A stretch of 64,000 nt of DNA from Macrostomum lignano (Eukaryota). Below, one piece after another: positions 1 to 13,533 of this stretch (its first letter is position 1; each line of letters begins with the position of its first letter). The stretch covers positions 124,001 through 188,000 of the forward strand of contig NIVC01000514.1 in assembly GCA_002269645.1 (NCBI GenBank). The letters run 5' to 3'. A program made the position numbers and the translations under genes. Under the pieces are notes generated by a model. That model had not been told where the DNA came from. It did no database searches and worked only from the letters and a program-made list of their open reading frames with translations.

Positions 1-400
1 CACCAACATTGTGTCCTGGTCACGGCACCAACGTGTCTCCTGGTCACGGCACCAACATTGTGTCCTGGTCACGGCACCAACAGTGTGTCCTGGTCACGGC
101 ACCAACGTGTCTCCTGGTCACGGCACCAACAGTGTGTCCTGGTCACGGCACCAACAGTGTGTCCTGGTCACGGCACCAACGTGTCTCCTGGTCACGGCAC
201 CAACAGTGTGTCCTGGTCACGGCACCAACATTGTGTCCTGGTCACGGCACCAACGTGTCTCCTGGTCACGGCACCAACAGTGTGTCCTGGTCACGGCACC
301 AATGTGTGTCCTGGTCACGGCACCAACATTGTGTCCTAGTCACGGCACCAATGTGTGTCCTGGTCCTTGTCACGGCACCAATACAATACCAATACACCAA
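1..400. repeat. Tandem minisatellite, about 22-24 bp unit (caccaac..gtgtcctggtcacgg), truncated by the window start
   Basis: Directly visible tandem units; explains the overlapping ORFs 9..434, 11..424 and 58..339. Confidence 0.95.
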
Positions 401-1063
401 TACGGCACCAGTTCAATACAATAATAATACTTAATATGCTCGTAGCGCGATTTCTGAACTTGTCTAAAATGTAGAAGCAACACGAAGGTAGTACTGTGAT
501 ACAACGAATTTTGATACGCTTTGATACATTTGGATGCAACGAATTACTTGGTTGAACAAAAATTCTGGATGGAGACTGTATATAGGGACGAGCCGGGCTA
601 CAAATGCGGGTGCTCCCATTAAAGGCTCTTGACCATAATCGCCAAAATTGGAGCATTCTCTACGTATCCAATGACGTGACACCCACGAAGCCGAAGAGAA
701 AATTGTACGCAAACCTAATCGAATAAAATCGAACAGATGCAGATGCAGAACATATGAGGGAGTGCAGCCTCGACCACGCTGATGGATGCTGTAAACCATC
801 TTTTCTTCTATATTCAACAACCTTGAAATGTCCTTTGGGTGTTCACCTCTGCCGAGTGATTCGATCACAAGCCAGTGGCATTCGTTCGACGACCTAGCAT
901 GGTTCACAATTATGGAGCTGATCTTGCTCCTCCGCAACAGTTGCAAATAAAGCTATGGACCAAATTGATGCTTGTTGGACAAAATTTAATGCTGCTGTGC
1001 CAGCCTTGCTACCATAGACAAAAGCTCATTTACTTTGGCAAACCTATCTTGGATTAAATTAAA

Positions 1064-1864
1064 TGCACGTAAGCCCAAATGGGCTGCAAAAAGCTATATT
1101 ATTGTGCCATAGACAGTTGTGTCCTTGACAAAGTGGGACAGAATAATCGGGCGTTCAATGTCATTAACTGCCCGCTAATTTGCCTTAACCAATCACACCC
1201 CAACAGCAAATGAGACGAACAGCAGACAGGCAAAGGTCTATGGCCCGAAGCAGCGCGAGAGGTGGGGAAAGCGACCCCGTAGTAACAATAAGTTTATTTT
1301 GCAAGCAAACGAGATTGAAAGAATAAAATGTGTTTAAAAAAAATTGAGCTGCAGAGCCAAAGCGAGCGACGGGCACAGAGGGCAGCGTGCATATAAATAA
1401 GCGGGTGAGCAAACCCCCCACCCCACGGGGGTTAGAGAGGACGGCGCACAAAGGCGGCACAATGTACAGCGCCAGGGGTGGATGGCTAACACCCATTTCA
1501 CTCCAGGCTCACAAAAGAGCCTAAGAGAAATGGAGGCATTAAAGTAAGTTTAAAGCATTAAAGTCCTGCAAGCGGGCTTAAATGTAGTCTATGGCATTAA
1601 AAGGCAAAAATAAGTGCCCAGCGGGCACAAAGGTCATGGTACAATGGGTGTTCACTGCATTGTCTAACTTGTCTGTGTGCAAAAGGAACGATAGATTTTC
1701 GCTGCTTATATAGTTCATAATAATGACGAGGCCAAAGAAAACTATGGCGATAAAGTTTCTGTGGCTCAACCTGAAGGACGGCAGGAGATCGTCGCAGGAG
1801 TCAGGACGAGCAAGATTTGATTTAAAAAATATAGCTTTTTGCAGCCCATTTGGGCTTACGCGCA
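1064..1864. mobile_element. Non-autonomous TIR element (MITE-like), about 800 bp
   Basis: 1064-1100 tgcacgtaagcccaaatgggctgcaaaaagctatatt is the reverse complement of 1828-1864 with 1 mismatch in 37 bp; no clear TSD; no coding interior. Confidence 0.55.
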
Positions 1865-2742
1865 GCGCATTGAGTCCAATATGTTTGCCAATGTAGTGGA
1901 TAGATACCCCGCACAAGACAACCGACAATCAAAGCAATTTCCTATCGATCGTCACTCGTCAGTCGATGTCCCGAGATCTTCAACACTGCATGCATGCAGT
2001 CGAGGATGCCATCTGGATCATAATCGCTGGGTCCTCACGAAATCGTGTCTGATTTACGCTAGTCGGCTGTTCCTAATCTTTAAGAAGTCCGTTCCAAGAA
2101 TCGTTCTTTGGATTGTTGTACAATGAAATTAAACAATTTTACAATTTCAGTCTTAGCACTCGTAGTGAAGACAACTACGAACTCAAAACTGAATATCTGT
2201 TCTTGTGTCTTTCCGTCAATTGCTTTCATTTGCCATGGAAATTTACTATTAATTCTTCTCTCTCATGTATGTCTCTCTACCTTCTCGCTGCCACTCTTAG
2301 GTCGCAAAAAGCCCCACTGCATTCTCCGAACCCTGTTGAACTGCAGTCTATAAAGGGTTTCTATTTTTATGGATGAGACTCAAAGGTTGCAGTTGCAACA
2401 CTCTACTCCAAACTGTGCATACGCTTAACAATAGGAGCTAAAGGAGCCCCAGCACCACAGGCGGTCTTAAGGAAAAGCATACTGACCCGACCCTGCATAC
2501 GCTCAGCAATGAGCGCGAGAGAAGGCAATAAAGTTTCGCTCCGAGCCGAGAACGCCACCAGCGCATTGGCCTGCTTAGAATTTTTGCATTTCGCACTCAG
2601 GTTTCAGCCAGGGTAGAGCAGCAATTGACCCGGCAATCTCAATGGACTCGACACCGTTCGGTCTACGAGTTTCGAAATTCAGTTTGCTGCTACGCCAGGG
2701 TCTACGGCGTCTTTCTAATAGAAAAAACTTGGCCTCGTCTTG

Positions 2743-4122
2743 ATGTTTGTCATCTTGACTGTCCTCGGATTTCTAGTTCCTTTTCTGGCTCTGCAAAGCC
2801 ACATAAAAAAGACAGAAAATCCAAAGCCGAAAGAGACTGAAGAAGCGGACGATAATTTGCCAGAGTTTCAGGAGCCTGAAATTTTTCGGCTGAATTCAAC
2901 GAACGCAACGGATGAACCCCCCGAGCAAAACCAAGGCAGAGACATCGCTGTGGTGGTGCTGGCCTCAAGGAGACCAGAAGTGCATCAGCTGGTCAATCAG
3001 CTGCTTGCTCAGAAGCCGGCGAGCGGGTTCCGCATCCTGATGTCGCTGGATGGTACAGAAAAGCAAACAACTGCTGTGCTGCAGCAGATAAAATCCAATG
3101 AGGTCAAACTGTTACGCTTAGCCGATGACAAAAGTCGCAACTTTACTGCGTCAAGCGATAGCTACGTGAAGATTGCGCGGCATTACCTGCGCGTGTTGGA
3201 CTATTTGATACTGAAGCTGAACTTCTCCTATGTCATACTGATGGAGGACGACATGCTGATTGCGCCGGACTTCTACCAGTATTTTCGCTCACTGCGAAGA
3301 GCGCTCGACTCCGACGACAGCATCTTCTGCGTGTCCGCGTGGAACGACAACGGCCAGATTGACCTCGTGACCGAGGACCCGCAGCTGCTGCACCGGACTA
3401 ACTTCTTCCCTGGACTCGGCTGGATGATCAACCGGCGCCACTGGCTGCAGGTCAGGGAATTCTGGCCGAAAACGCAATACGACGACTTTCTGAGGCACTA
3501 CATGATGAATAACAGCCTCGTCTGCGTGCGTCCCGAGCTGTCCCGTACGTTCAACATCGGCCGGAACGGTGGCCGAAGCAGCGAGCCCGGAAAGAGCTAC
3601 GCGTACAGCGACATGTTCTACCACAACTACCTGAGCCGGATGGCGCTGAACACGTTCAATGTCACTCTGACCAAGAGTGCCATCGACAAAGTGATCGGTC
3701 GCTCAGCTGACCACGACCTGGACAAGTTTGCTCGAAGTCTGCCAGCTATGAACGTGTCGCAGCTGTTGTCGATGCCGGTTCAGGAGTTACCGCCGGCGGT
3801 TCGCCTTCGCTACGCAACAGTGAGTGACTTTATCGAGCTGGCGCTGCGCATCGGCGCCATCCCGGAGGTGTGGTTTGGCGCTCCGCGGGCCTCGATCCTC
3901 GGTATCTCCATGGTGTCAGTGCGCGGCAGCCGAGTGTTCATTGTTCCGGATAAAAGGCTGCCTGTTCGAAAAAAGATCTACATACCGCGGATGAAGCCGA
4001 AGACGAAGCTAGCCGAAGCCGGAGCCAAATCCGGCTCCCTCACGTTGGTTTTGGTTCTTCTGAGCTCCTTTGTTCGATTCTCTCTGGTCTGCGGTTCTGG
4101 CGGACATGCCTTCTGTTTTTGA
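2743..4122 (+). CDS. Glycosyltransferase family 13 (GnT-I/MGAT1-like N-acetylglucosaminyltransferase), single exon
   Basis: First ATG at 2743 (in-frame TAG at 2719) followed by a hydrophobic signal-anchor; GT13 motifs KIARHY, ILMEDDMLIAPDFYQYF (EDD), CVSAWNDNG, HRTNFFPGLGWM, CVRPELSRTFNIG. Confidence 0.9.
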   Translation: MFVILTVLGFLVPFLALQSHIKKTENPKPKETEEADDNLPEFQEPEIFRLNSTNATDEPPEQNQGRDIAVVVLASRRPEVHQLVNQLLAQKPASGFRILMSLDGTEKQTTAVLQQIKSNEVKLLRLADDKSRNFTASSDSYVKIARHYLRVLDYLILKLNFSYVILMEDDMLIAPDFYQYFRSLRRALDSDDSIFCVSAWNDNGQIDLVTEDPQLLHRTNFFPGLGWMINRRHWLQVREFWPKTQYDDFLRHYMMNNSLVCVRPELSRTFNIGRNGGRSSEPGKSYAYSDMFYHNYLSRMALNTFNVTLTKSAIDKVIGRSADHDLDKFARSLPAMNVSQLLSMPVQELPPAVRLRYATVSDFIELALRIGAIPEVWFGAPRASILGISMVSVRGSRVFIVPDKRLPVRKKIYIPRMKPKTKLAEAGAKSGSLTLVLVLLSSFVRFSLVCGSGGHAFCF

Positions 4123-4994
4123 CACCAGCTATCGCAGGTCGAATCTGTGTTGGAGGGCAAAATTTTCTATGGATTAATGTGTGCGAATTAGTTTTTAAGA
4201 CTCTTTCAAACGTGTTTTCAGGAGCAGCCCGCTTTTTCTGTATCGTCTTTTTGATACTTGAGTATATGTTGAACGGTTTCTTTGAAAAGCCTATTTTGAC
4301 GCAGCACTTTCCTGCCAGTTCACTCCATCAGAGTCCCGATCAGATCCCCTGCCAATCTCATTTTTGCTCTCGATCAAAATCTGAAAATTTTACGCATCTG
4401 TGTTTGAGATTGAGCATCTTATTATTAATGGGTAATCCAATTTTACCCACATTCAGGCCGGCCCTGATATTTGTAATCCTGACGGCCTTTTATTACTAAT
4501 AAACCGAATAAAACTGACAAAACTGTTTGTTTACAAACAGGATAAAGTTTTTAATACACTCGTACACCTTTCCGTTCATAATTTTAACAAAACTCTCATT
4601 CTATTTCGGCAATTAGATATTCTATTTCATACCATAGTGAGGGCGCTCATTCTGTCTATGGACAAAACTTGCTCCTGCATGCAAATTTCCCAAGTTCTAT
4701 TTCGACAAAGCTATATTTAAATTCAGAAAAACGTTTTAGCGTTCTGTATCAATCTTTAACATACTCCAGTCTCAAGCTACAAATATACTACAGCCCATGG
4801 CTTTCTACCGCGCCCCTCTCAGAACTGAGGGCCCTCTCCTGAAGTTTGCTTCCAGCAGACGGAAGCTCCGGTGTGCGATGTCAGACGCACTGAGTTCATT
4901 TTTGAAAAGGTAGATACGAAAATAAGAAGAATGAGCGACGAGGAGATGTTCGAAGAAGCAGGGGATAAAGAATTAAGAAGAAGAAGAAGAAGAC

Positions 4995-7900
4995 TTTGCC
5001 AGCGTATGTCGCTCATCATCTGCACGGCCTGTGCACCAATTCACTGACCCATCAGCTCATGAAATAGACAATGAGCCACATGAGAAGACTTCCCTTATGC
5101 ATCTCAGCGACGTGGGCACCGTCCACGCTGTCAACGTGGCCACCGAGCCACTTATTATCGATGGCAAGACCGTCAACATGCAGATCGATACAGGCGCCTC
5201 CGTCTCCGTGCTCTCCAGTTCGCAATGGGAACGACTGGGTCAACCCTCACTGCACAAGTGTTTTCGGCGGCTAGAAGCCTTTGATGGTCACGTGATGAAA
5301 TCACTCGGAAAGCTGGCAACCACGGTTGAACTACGAGGTCATCTGCACCCTGCAGAGCTCATTGTGGTCAACTCGAACAAACCATATGGCTTGCTTGGTC
5401 GCGATCTGTTGGACGCGGAGGACCTCTTTCACACCACAAGTGTGCCCCAGAACAACACCCGCGTAGTTGAGCCACTGCCTACCATAAAAGGCGTAAAAGC
5501 TCGCATGGAGGTTGTTGACGGTGACAGACCCAGATTCTGCCGTGCTCGATCCGTGCCTATTGCAATTGAGGGGCAGATTAACGCCGAACTCGACCGCTTG
5601 CAACAGCTAGGAGTAATTGAACCCATCGAGGGACCCGTGAGCAATGCGTCGCCCGTGGTTTGGGTGAAAAAGAAAGACGGCACTTTGCAAACGTGTGCCG
5701 ATTGCAGTGTACCGTCGACCTCCGCTCGGCCTACTGGCAAATTGAACTGAATGAAGCGGCCAGAGATCTCTCCATCATCAACACGTCGCGTGGACAGTAC
5801 CGAGTAAACAGACTGCAAATGGGGATGAAAAACGCCTCGTTCATCTTCCAGAGAACTATGGAATCGATTTTGTCAGACATCAAAGGACTGCTGATTTATC
5901 AAGACGACATCCTGGTGCACGCACCAGATGCGGCTACTCTAGAAAAGCGTCTTGCCGCGGTGCGCACCCGACTACAGGAAAAGCGCGTCACCATCAACGA
6001 GTCCAAGTGCTTCAGCTACACCGATTCCATCTCTTTTCTTGGATTCAAGATCTCTGCCGCCGGAATCCAGCCAGACGAACGGCTTGTTGAAAAAGTCAGA
6101 CATGTTTCTGCACCGACTAACAAATCTGAGCTCGCGAGCTTTTTGGGACTGGTCAACTTCTTTGGGAGACTGATTCCGAACTTCGCTCGAAAGACCGCTC
6201 CTCTTAACCATCGGCGAAAATCCAACGTCAACTTTGACTGGACCGACGAGTGCTCTCGAGCTTTTAATAATCTCAAAGCTGAAATCGCCTCTGCGCCAAT
6301 AGTGCAGCCCTATAGCCTATCAAAGGAGCTGACTCTAATAACGGATGCCTCAAAGAGCTCAATAGTGACTCAGGAAGGGCATCCCGTAATATTTGTTTCG
6401 AGGACGCTGTCATCCACCGAATCGAATTACTCAAATATTAAGCGCGAGGCCCTCGCCATCTTCTGGGCCGTCGCTCGACTGAAGCACTTCCTTCATGGCC
6501 GTAGCTTCACAATCAAAACAGATCATCAGCCACTGACTCGCCTTTTCCACGGTGGCATCCCTCTGAACACATCGGCGAGAATCGGGCGCTGGGCTATGCA
6601 TCTCATGCAGTTTGATTTCATCATCGAGTACGTGCGAGGCCGCGACATTCCACACGCTGACGCTCTATCTCGGCTCCGCTTTGATAACCCTTCAGCAGAT
6701 GACAAGGAAACGTTTGATGCCATAAACGTCGTGGTATTCGAATCATCGGTGATCGAGGCCGGAAGAATTTTGGCAGAAATGGACGCAGACCCGTTCACCC
6801 AGAAGATTCTAATGAGAGTACGCAATGGAAACTGGCAAGGTTGCTCGCAGGCAGAGTCAAGCTTCAAAGCCGTTTCCGAAAAGCTAACGCTGGAAAACGG
6901 ACTTCTTTACATGCAGAGGAGGGTTTACATCCCCCCACGGTTGCCCCGGGCCTCCTTTCACGCAATCCATGACACCCACTCTGGAATTTAGGCCTCATAC
7001 AACCTGCTTTCAGCGTCTTGCTGGTGGCCTGGGATGCAAACAGGGTGTGTCACAATTTGTCCAACGCTGCCCGGTCTGCAGCCGCCTACGACCGCGTGTC
7101 GGCCACGACAGCGATCGATGGCCCACCCCGGACTATCCATTCCAACGCATTCACATGGACTGGGCGCATGTAAGAGGAGCTGGCGACATAATTATTATCG
7201 CTGACGCTCATTCTGGCTGGATAGAAGCGTTTCCCTGCCAAAACAGAGTGGCCAGCACTGTCCAGCAGTGCCTCTGCGCCGTCTTTGCACGCTTTGGTAT
7301 GGCAGAGCTAGTTGTGTCAGACAATGCACCCGAATTTGTAGCCGATAGCCTCAACGCATGGCTGCGCGCACATGGAGTGAAGAAAATGGAATCACCCGCC
7401 TACTATCCTCAGGCAAACGGCCTCGCAGTGAAGGCAGTGCAGACCGTTAAATCTGCGCTGCGCGCATCGTCGGAAAGAATAACACACATGGAATTCCCAT
7501 TCTACCTACAAAAAGTGCTCATGCACCATCGAAGCTCCTCAAGAAGCCGCGGTCAGTGCCCAGCCGAGTTGGTGCTTGGTAGAAGCCTTCGTGTGCCGGT
7601 CGTCTCACAGTTCGAGCAAGGAGACAACGTCATCTACCAGCCGCAAAAATCAACTCAGGGGAGGCCAGGCTACATTTCTAATGACTGCATGCTGGGCACA
7701 ATACGGCATGGATTCTAGAAGATGAGAGCCTGAAGCTGGCCAGCACCAATCAGTTGGCTCCATCAATGCCACAGCAGGACGCCCTTACAGCGGACGAAGA
7801 GGAAGCGTCTGACAATCTGCCTGTGCAACAGCCCCCACTGTTAATGACGGCCGGAGAAGAGCAGGCACCAACGACCCATGAGCAGGATGCCCCAGAGCAA

Positions 7901-8338
7901 CCGAATGACAACCCGGCGCGCCGAAGCTCGCGAAATCGTCGGGCCCCTGATCGATTTGTGCCGTAATTGCTGAACAGCATGGACGCTGATTCATCCCAAA
8001 CTTTCAACGAATTCGCCGTTAACTTTGTTAAGCACCAAGCTCTCTAAGCTCACCCGTTCATACTCAAACCCACTAATCAATAACCACCAACGCTTTCCGT
8101 TGCAGTTCTCTTTTCCTAGAGGGGGACATGTTGTATACCGGTCCGAATCCAACGTACTTTTATTTTCAGTCGTTGCCTCAGCGTTAATTTATTTGTCTGT
8201 GTCCCAAACAGTTACCGACTGACTCTATAAAGGCTTGCCTTGACTTATATCGTTAAACAAAATATACATTCAACTTGAGCTATGCTTTTTTATTAACAGC
8301 CTTCGGCTCAACGCTAAATTTACGCACAAAACACAACA
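4995..8338 (+). mobile_element. Degenerate 5'-truncated Ty3/Gypsy LTR retrotransposon (end of gag, PR, RT, RNaseH, IN, 3' LTR)
   Basis: End of Zn knuckle (FASVCRS) near 4995; protease IDTGASVS; RT VWVKKKDG, DLRSAYWQI, YQDDILV; RNaseH TDAS, IKREALA; integrase HSG..CPVC, RIHMDW, SDNAPEF, PQANG. Deletion/frameshift near 5700, TAG at 6989, frameshift near 7040. Confidence 0.9.
8129..8338 (+). mobile_element. 3' LTR of the Gypsy element (about 210 bp)
   Basis: Polypurine tract agagggggaca at 8118-8128 immediately followed by TGTTGT; ends ACAACA at 8338 (6-bp inverted termini); no 5' LTR partner seen. Confidence 0.6.
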
Positions 8339-8465
8339 CTGTCACCCTGACTTCACTGCCACCCTGAATTCACTGTCACCCTGACTTCACTGTCACCCTG
8401 ACTTCACTGTCACCCTGACTTCACTGTCACCCTGACTTCACTGTCACCCTGACATCACTGTCACC
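8339..8465. repeat. 17-bp tandem repeat (ctgtcaccctgacttca)
   Basis: Visible tandem units directly after the LTR end. Confidence 0.9.
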
Positions 8466-9091
8466 ATCAAGCCATTGACCTTTCTGCAAACCAGAACTGC
8501 AGGCGGAAGAGCATTCTTGCTGACAGCTTATCAAGTTCAAAAGCATATCTGAGTCAAGTTTACGTGTCCAAGTGACGAGTTGCATGGAGAAAATGTTCAT
8601 AAGCAGCGACCAGTCTGAATTTGAACCATCAGACGATGAGCGATACTTATCAACTTAATTGCACCGGTCCTTAATCTGCATGGCAACTCACATTCTTTAA
8701 GCTGTGCAATGGATTTTTCTTTGCTGTATTAACAGCAAGGTAACAGCAGCAAAATTATTTTGCAGGCAATTGTATCCAGTAGTGAACTTGTGTATGGCAC
8801 AGGTTTCGTTTCAATCTCCATAGCACCAAGTTTAAGCGCTATATTTCCGCTGGCAAAATAGACCGCAGTTTTGGCGCACGAGAACACAAAAAGGTATGTT
8901 AGTTTTGTACTTTCTAAACGTATGTTCCTTACATTTCTACATTTAATAGAGCATCAAATATGTATAATTAAGACTAATTATATTAAGACAGTAGAAAAAT
9001 ATAAACTTTAATGGCTTGTATTTATTGGCGTGCGCGCCGCCCTCCTGTCTCCCGCTGCCCTTTTCGCTTAGAGCGATTCCTAGACCACCAG

Positions 9092-9785
9092 CGTGAAGAA
9101 TCACCCACCCCAAATACAGCCTCTGAGACGCCTAGAGCTCCAGCATGAAGAATCACCCACCCCAAATACAGCCTCTGAGACGCCTAGAGCTCCAGCATGA
9201 AGAATCACCCACCCCAAATACAGCCTCTGAGACGCCTAGAGAGCCAGCATGAAAAATCACCACCCCAAATACAGCCTCTGAGACGCCTAGAGCTCCAGCA
9301 TGAAGAATCCCCACCCCAAATACAGCCTCTGAGACGCCTAGAGCTCCAGCATGAAGAATCACCCACCCCAAATACATTCTCTGAGACGCCTAGAGGGCCA
9401 GCATGAAAAATCACCCACCCCAAATACATTCTCTGAGACGCCTAGAGGGCCAGCATGAAAAATCACTACCCCAAATACATTCTCTGAGACGCCTAGAGGG
9501 CCAGCATGAAAAATCACCCACCCCAAATACATTCTCTGAGACGCCTAGAGGGCCAGCATGAAAAATCACTACCCCAAATACAGCCTCTGAGACGCCTAGA
9601 GCTCCAGCATGAAGAATCCCCACCCCAAATACAGCCTCTGAGACGCTTAGAGCTCCAGCATGAAGAATCCCCACCCCAAATACAGCCTCTGAGACGCCTA
9701 GAGCTCCAGCATGAAGAATCACCCACCCCAAATACAGCCTCTGAGACGCCTAGAGAGCCAGCATGAAAAATCACCACCCCAAATA
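9092..9785. repeat. Tandem minisatellite, about 50-55 bp unit (catgaagaatcacccaccccaaatacagcctctgagacgcctagagctccag)
   Basis: Visible tandem units; source of ORFs 9153-9789. Confidence 0.95.
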
Positions 9786-10375
9786 CCACAGATAATAGAT
9801 ACAGGTATCGTCCTGCCTTCTTTCTTTGTGTTCAGTGCCATTAGGACATCGTCACCAGGGCCTGTGCGTTTGCTGCGACCCTGGTTGCTGACCTATTGTC
9901 TGCGCATTAGCGCGACAGTGGCTTGGCAAGCAACAGGGCTGGGTGCTGAGTCTCCCTTCTCGTATAGACAGGAGACAAAGCCGGCTGGTCAGTCTAGGGA
10001 CACAACAAAATGATTTTGAACTATTCATTCCATGCCTGCTTGTTATGGCTATGGCTTATGTAGAAATTGAATAAGGCTGAGGGCTGTCAATTTCAGATCT
10101 ATTAAATCTGAAATAAGAATTATATGAGCCTTCACTGAGACGCCTGCCATAACTTATATATTTGATTCAAAGTCTCTCTGATGCAATCACAGGCACAGAT
10201 AATAAAACACTAGATATTTCACTCTGCATTGAGTTAAGCCATTTTTGTGTTATTGTCTATGGCTCAAAAAAGTGTCTACTCTTTGGGTGAGCATCAGCGT
10301 GCGCATGGCTAGATAAATTGCTAGTTGCTCCAAAAATGAAATTTGACGCAAGGCACTGCCGTGCCTACGAGTGAC

Positions 10376-10975
10376 GAATACATGAAACTGTTGTCATATT
10401 TTGCTTATACATGAAACTGCTGTCATATTTTGCTGATACATGAAACTGCTGTCATATTTTGCTTATACATGAAACTGTTGTCATATTTTGCTTATACATG
10501 AAACTGCTGTCATATTTGGCTTATACATGAAACTGCTGTCATATTTTGCTTATACATGAAACTGCTGTTATATTTTGCTGATACATGAAACTGCTGTCAT
10601 ATTTTGCTTATACATGAAACTGTTGTCATATTTTGCTTATACATGAAACTGCTGTCATATTTTGCTTATACATGAAACTGCTGTCATATTTTGCTTATAC
10701 ATGAAACTGCTGTCATATTTTGCTTATACATGAAACTGCTGTCATATTTTGCTTATACATGAAACTGCTGTTATATTTTGCTGATACATGAAACTGCTGT
10801 CATATTTTGCTTATACATGAAACTGTTGTCATATTTTGCTTATACATGAAACTGCTGTCATATTTTGCTTATACATGAAACTGCTGTCATATTTTGCTGA
10901 TACATGAAACTGCTGTCATATTTTGCTGATACATGAAACTGCTGTCATATTTTGCTTATACATGAAACTGCTGTC
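10376..10975. repeat. 29-bp tandem repeat (atacatgaaactgctgtcatattttgctt), about 20 copies
   Basis: Visible near-identical units. Confidence 0.95.
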
Positions 10976-13533
10976 AGCAGTCGAATGCTGAGTATGGAGC
11001 TGTTGTCATGCATGTGTTTTGCTTATAAATGAAACAGTTATCAACCTCATATTAAAGCTCCAACTCTTAAGCCCTCAAGTTCCTTCGTTTTGACCATAAA
11101 TGGGAGTGCACTTAACTTTGATGTTTTGAAAGCTAGCCTAAGCTTAGCCTAAGCTTGAAAGCTTAGCGTAAGCTGACACGAAAACGACAATACATCACTT
11201 TTGCTACGTATTTTTAGATCGTTTTACGCATCCATGTTCGTTCACGCTACTAACCAAAGAGTAGTTGCAAAAATCTAAGCAAGAGTGAACTATCTAGGGT
11301 TATAGTATCCGTGACCACAACCCCAGCATGCAACACTGAGGAGGGGTAACGCCAAGCGTACACTTGACGGCGCTACACAAAACAGAGGGTGTAGGCAGGC
11401 ACACAACTAACCATGACAATGGTTAATGCTTAGTGGCGCCCACGAAATGATGAAACAGCACAGTTAGGTTTTAAATTTCTCGAGCGAGTGAATAGAATTC
11501 CTGGCATCACACTTAATCAAGCTTGAAACGCGTGGTGCTAGCTAGTGGTCCTTGCCAAAGATGATTAGTTAGACACTCAGCTACGTTAAACTTTCCACCC
11601 CGAAAGCAGTGGCAAACAATTAACAGCTCAAACTCTCCACTCTCTCCTCACCAGCCTAAGCAGGGGGACCTTTTACTCGAATTGAATCACCAAAGTTAAG
11701 ACAAGAACCGCGGGCGTGTTGTGGGCTGAGATCTGAGACCACTGGTTTAGGAAACGGACATCCAAAGCTGGAGTCCTGGAGTCCTGGAGCTGGAGCTGGG
11801 CCATGGAAAACACGCGAATTTCTTACAGAGAAACTTCACTGGGGACAAGCCAAAATGAAGAGTAGACTTAGGATTGCCTGGATCAGTCTGAAGTGGTCTG
11901 GCGATGCTGCAGTAGCGTAAGCTAGTATACTTTAGCTTCAAAATCACCCAATTAAAGGCGCAGGCGAAGTCGCACCTGACGAAGCCAAGGAACAGCGCAG
12001 ACGCCGCGAGACGCTGACAAAAAAGCAGGGCACGGCGCCTCTACTCGAATTGGATCCCGGAAGGATGAAGATGTTGGGCACTCAAGCCAACAGCCTTGCA
12101 TCACCATGATCGCTAATCGGGGTCAGTGGTCTTTCTTTATATATCAGTCTTTGCATTTGAAGCCACCTCCCTCAGTGCTTAATTGTACAACATTTTACCT
12201 GCATTTTCATTCAAAAGCAGCTCCTCTTTCGACAATGGGAACTTCATCTTCCACACTTCAAGCTTGGCATCTCTGAAACAACATCCACTTCAGACAAACT
12301 CCTTTTCATCATCATCGACAACTGAAAGTGAAGGTCAATTCTAACCTCAAGAAAATGATTCACTGTGGTCAAATTTGTACCAAATCTATACAGTTGTTCA
12401 TTAAAGCAGTGTACAATAAGAATCTCCTTTCTGTACGGATAGCTTCGCACCAAAGCAAACTAAAATGTTGGAAAACGAACTTACACTACAGAGATAGGCA
12501 CATGTCTAAAATATTAAAGACTTCACTTCCACTTTCGACAAAGTCCACTTCATATCAACAGTCTATGGTCCAGACCTACTGAAACCTCGATTCACTCTCG
12601 TCTAAGTGACGTCCATTAGACAGTCAACATGCACTTTAAGACAGGGACAAGACTTTATGCCATAGACAGCATAAAACCATACAATGTTTTGTGCAGACAG
12701 ATTTTCATCAGGAGACTGTATGAGCTCAATCTAGAAACCTTTAATCCCTCCCTGCACCATTTTACGTCTATTTCTACATCGTATCACTCTCTGCGATTCT
12801 GAGCCATGGGAGACAGCGAACTCTCCTTGTTCGAGGAACCTGGAGAAGAGAACGAAGAGAACGAACGAAGAGAATGAAGAGAACTGAAGAGAAGGAGCTG
12901 ATGCGAATTAGTGCTGTTTAACTGCCATTTGAAGATGCGAATGAATTCTTCTTGACTGGAGTTTTAGATGTTCAAGTTTTGACTTCCTTTTTTAATTTTG
13001 ATCCTTATAATAGGATCTGTTACTGTTTTGCTAATTTTTTCTAAATTATTCTTTGCTAGTTGATACTACTGGCCATATACTTCACAACAAAAGTAGTGCG
13101 AACGATTTTTAATTCGGATTCATAAAAAATGCGTGATTGAGCATTCTGTGTACATTCTGTGGTGCCGTAGGGTGCACTCAGCCCCCTGTCTATAATAAAA
13201 AATGGCCAACGATGGGCTCGGTTTACCATCATCAATACCGGGTGAAGAATTCATAGCCATACGATGTTCATTTGAGCGCGTTTTTAAAGAAGCGCAACAA
13301 ACCCGAACCGGACCTCAATCAAATTTGTTGTGAATCCAGGAACAGAAAAAAAGAGAGAAAGTTGGCTACAGCTTTCAGCATAGATTATAAGCTCTCTTCA
13401 CGTCAAGCCGATCTCATTTGGCGTGTCCAAGCAAGGAGGCAGAAGCGAATCAAAGCAAGGGAAAAGTTGAATGGTCAGTGTAACTCGGCCAAAGATATCG
13501 CAAAGGTGCCGTTATTGCATAGCTACTCATTTT

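Noticed and set aside
464-946. Possible Tc1/mariner HTH remnant (VIESLGRGEHPKDISRLLNIEEKMVYSI)
   Set aside because: Only a short HTH-like pattern; no DDE domain or TIRs found, so too weak to call
4500-4995. 5' LTR and gag of the first Gypsy element
   Set aside because: No match to 8129-8338; the element starts abruptly after an (AAG)n tract
11970-12030. Possible hammerhead ribozyme (CTGACGA core)
   Set aside because: No paired stem II followed by GAAA
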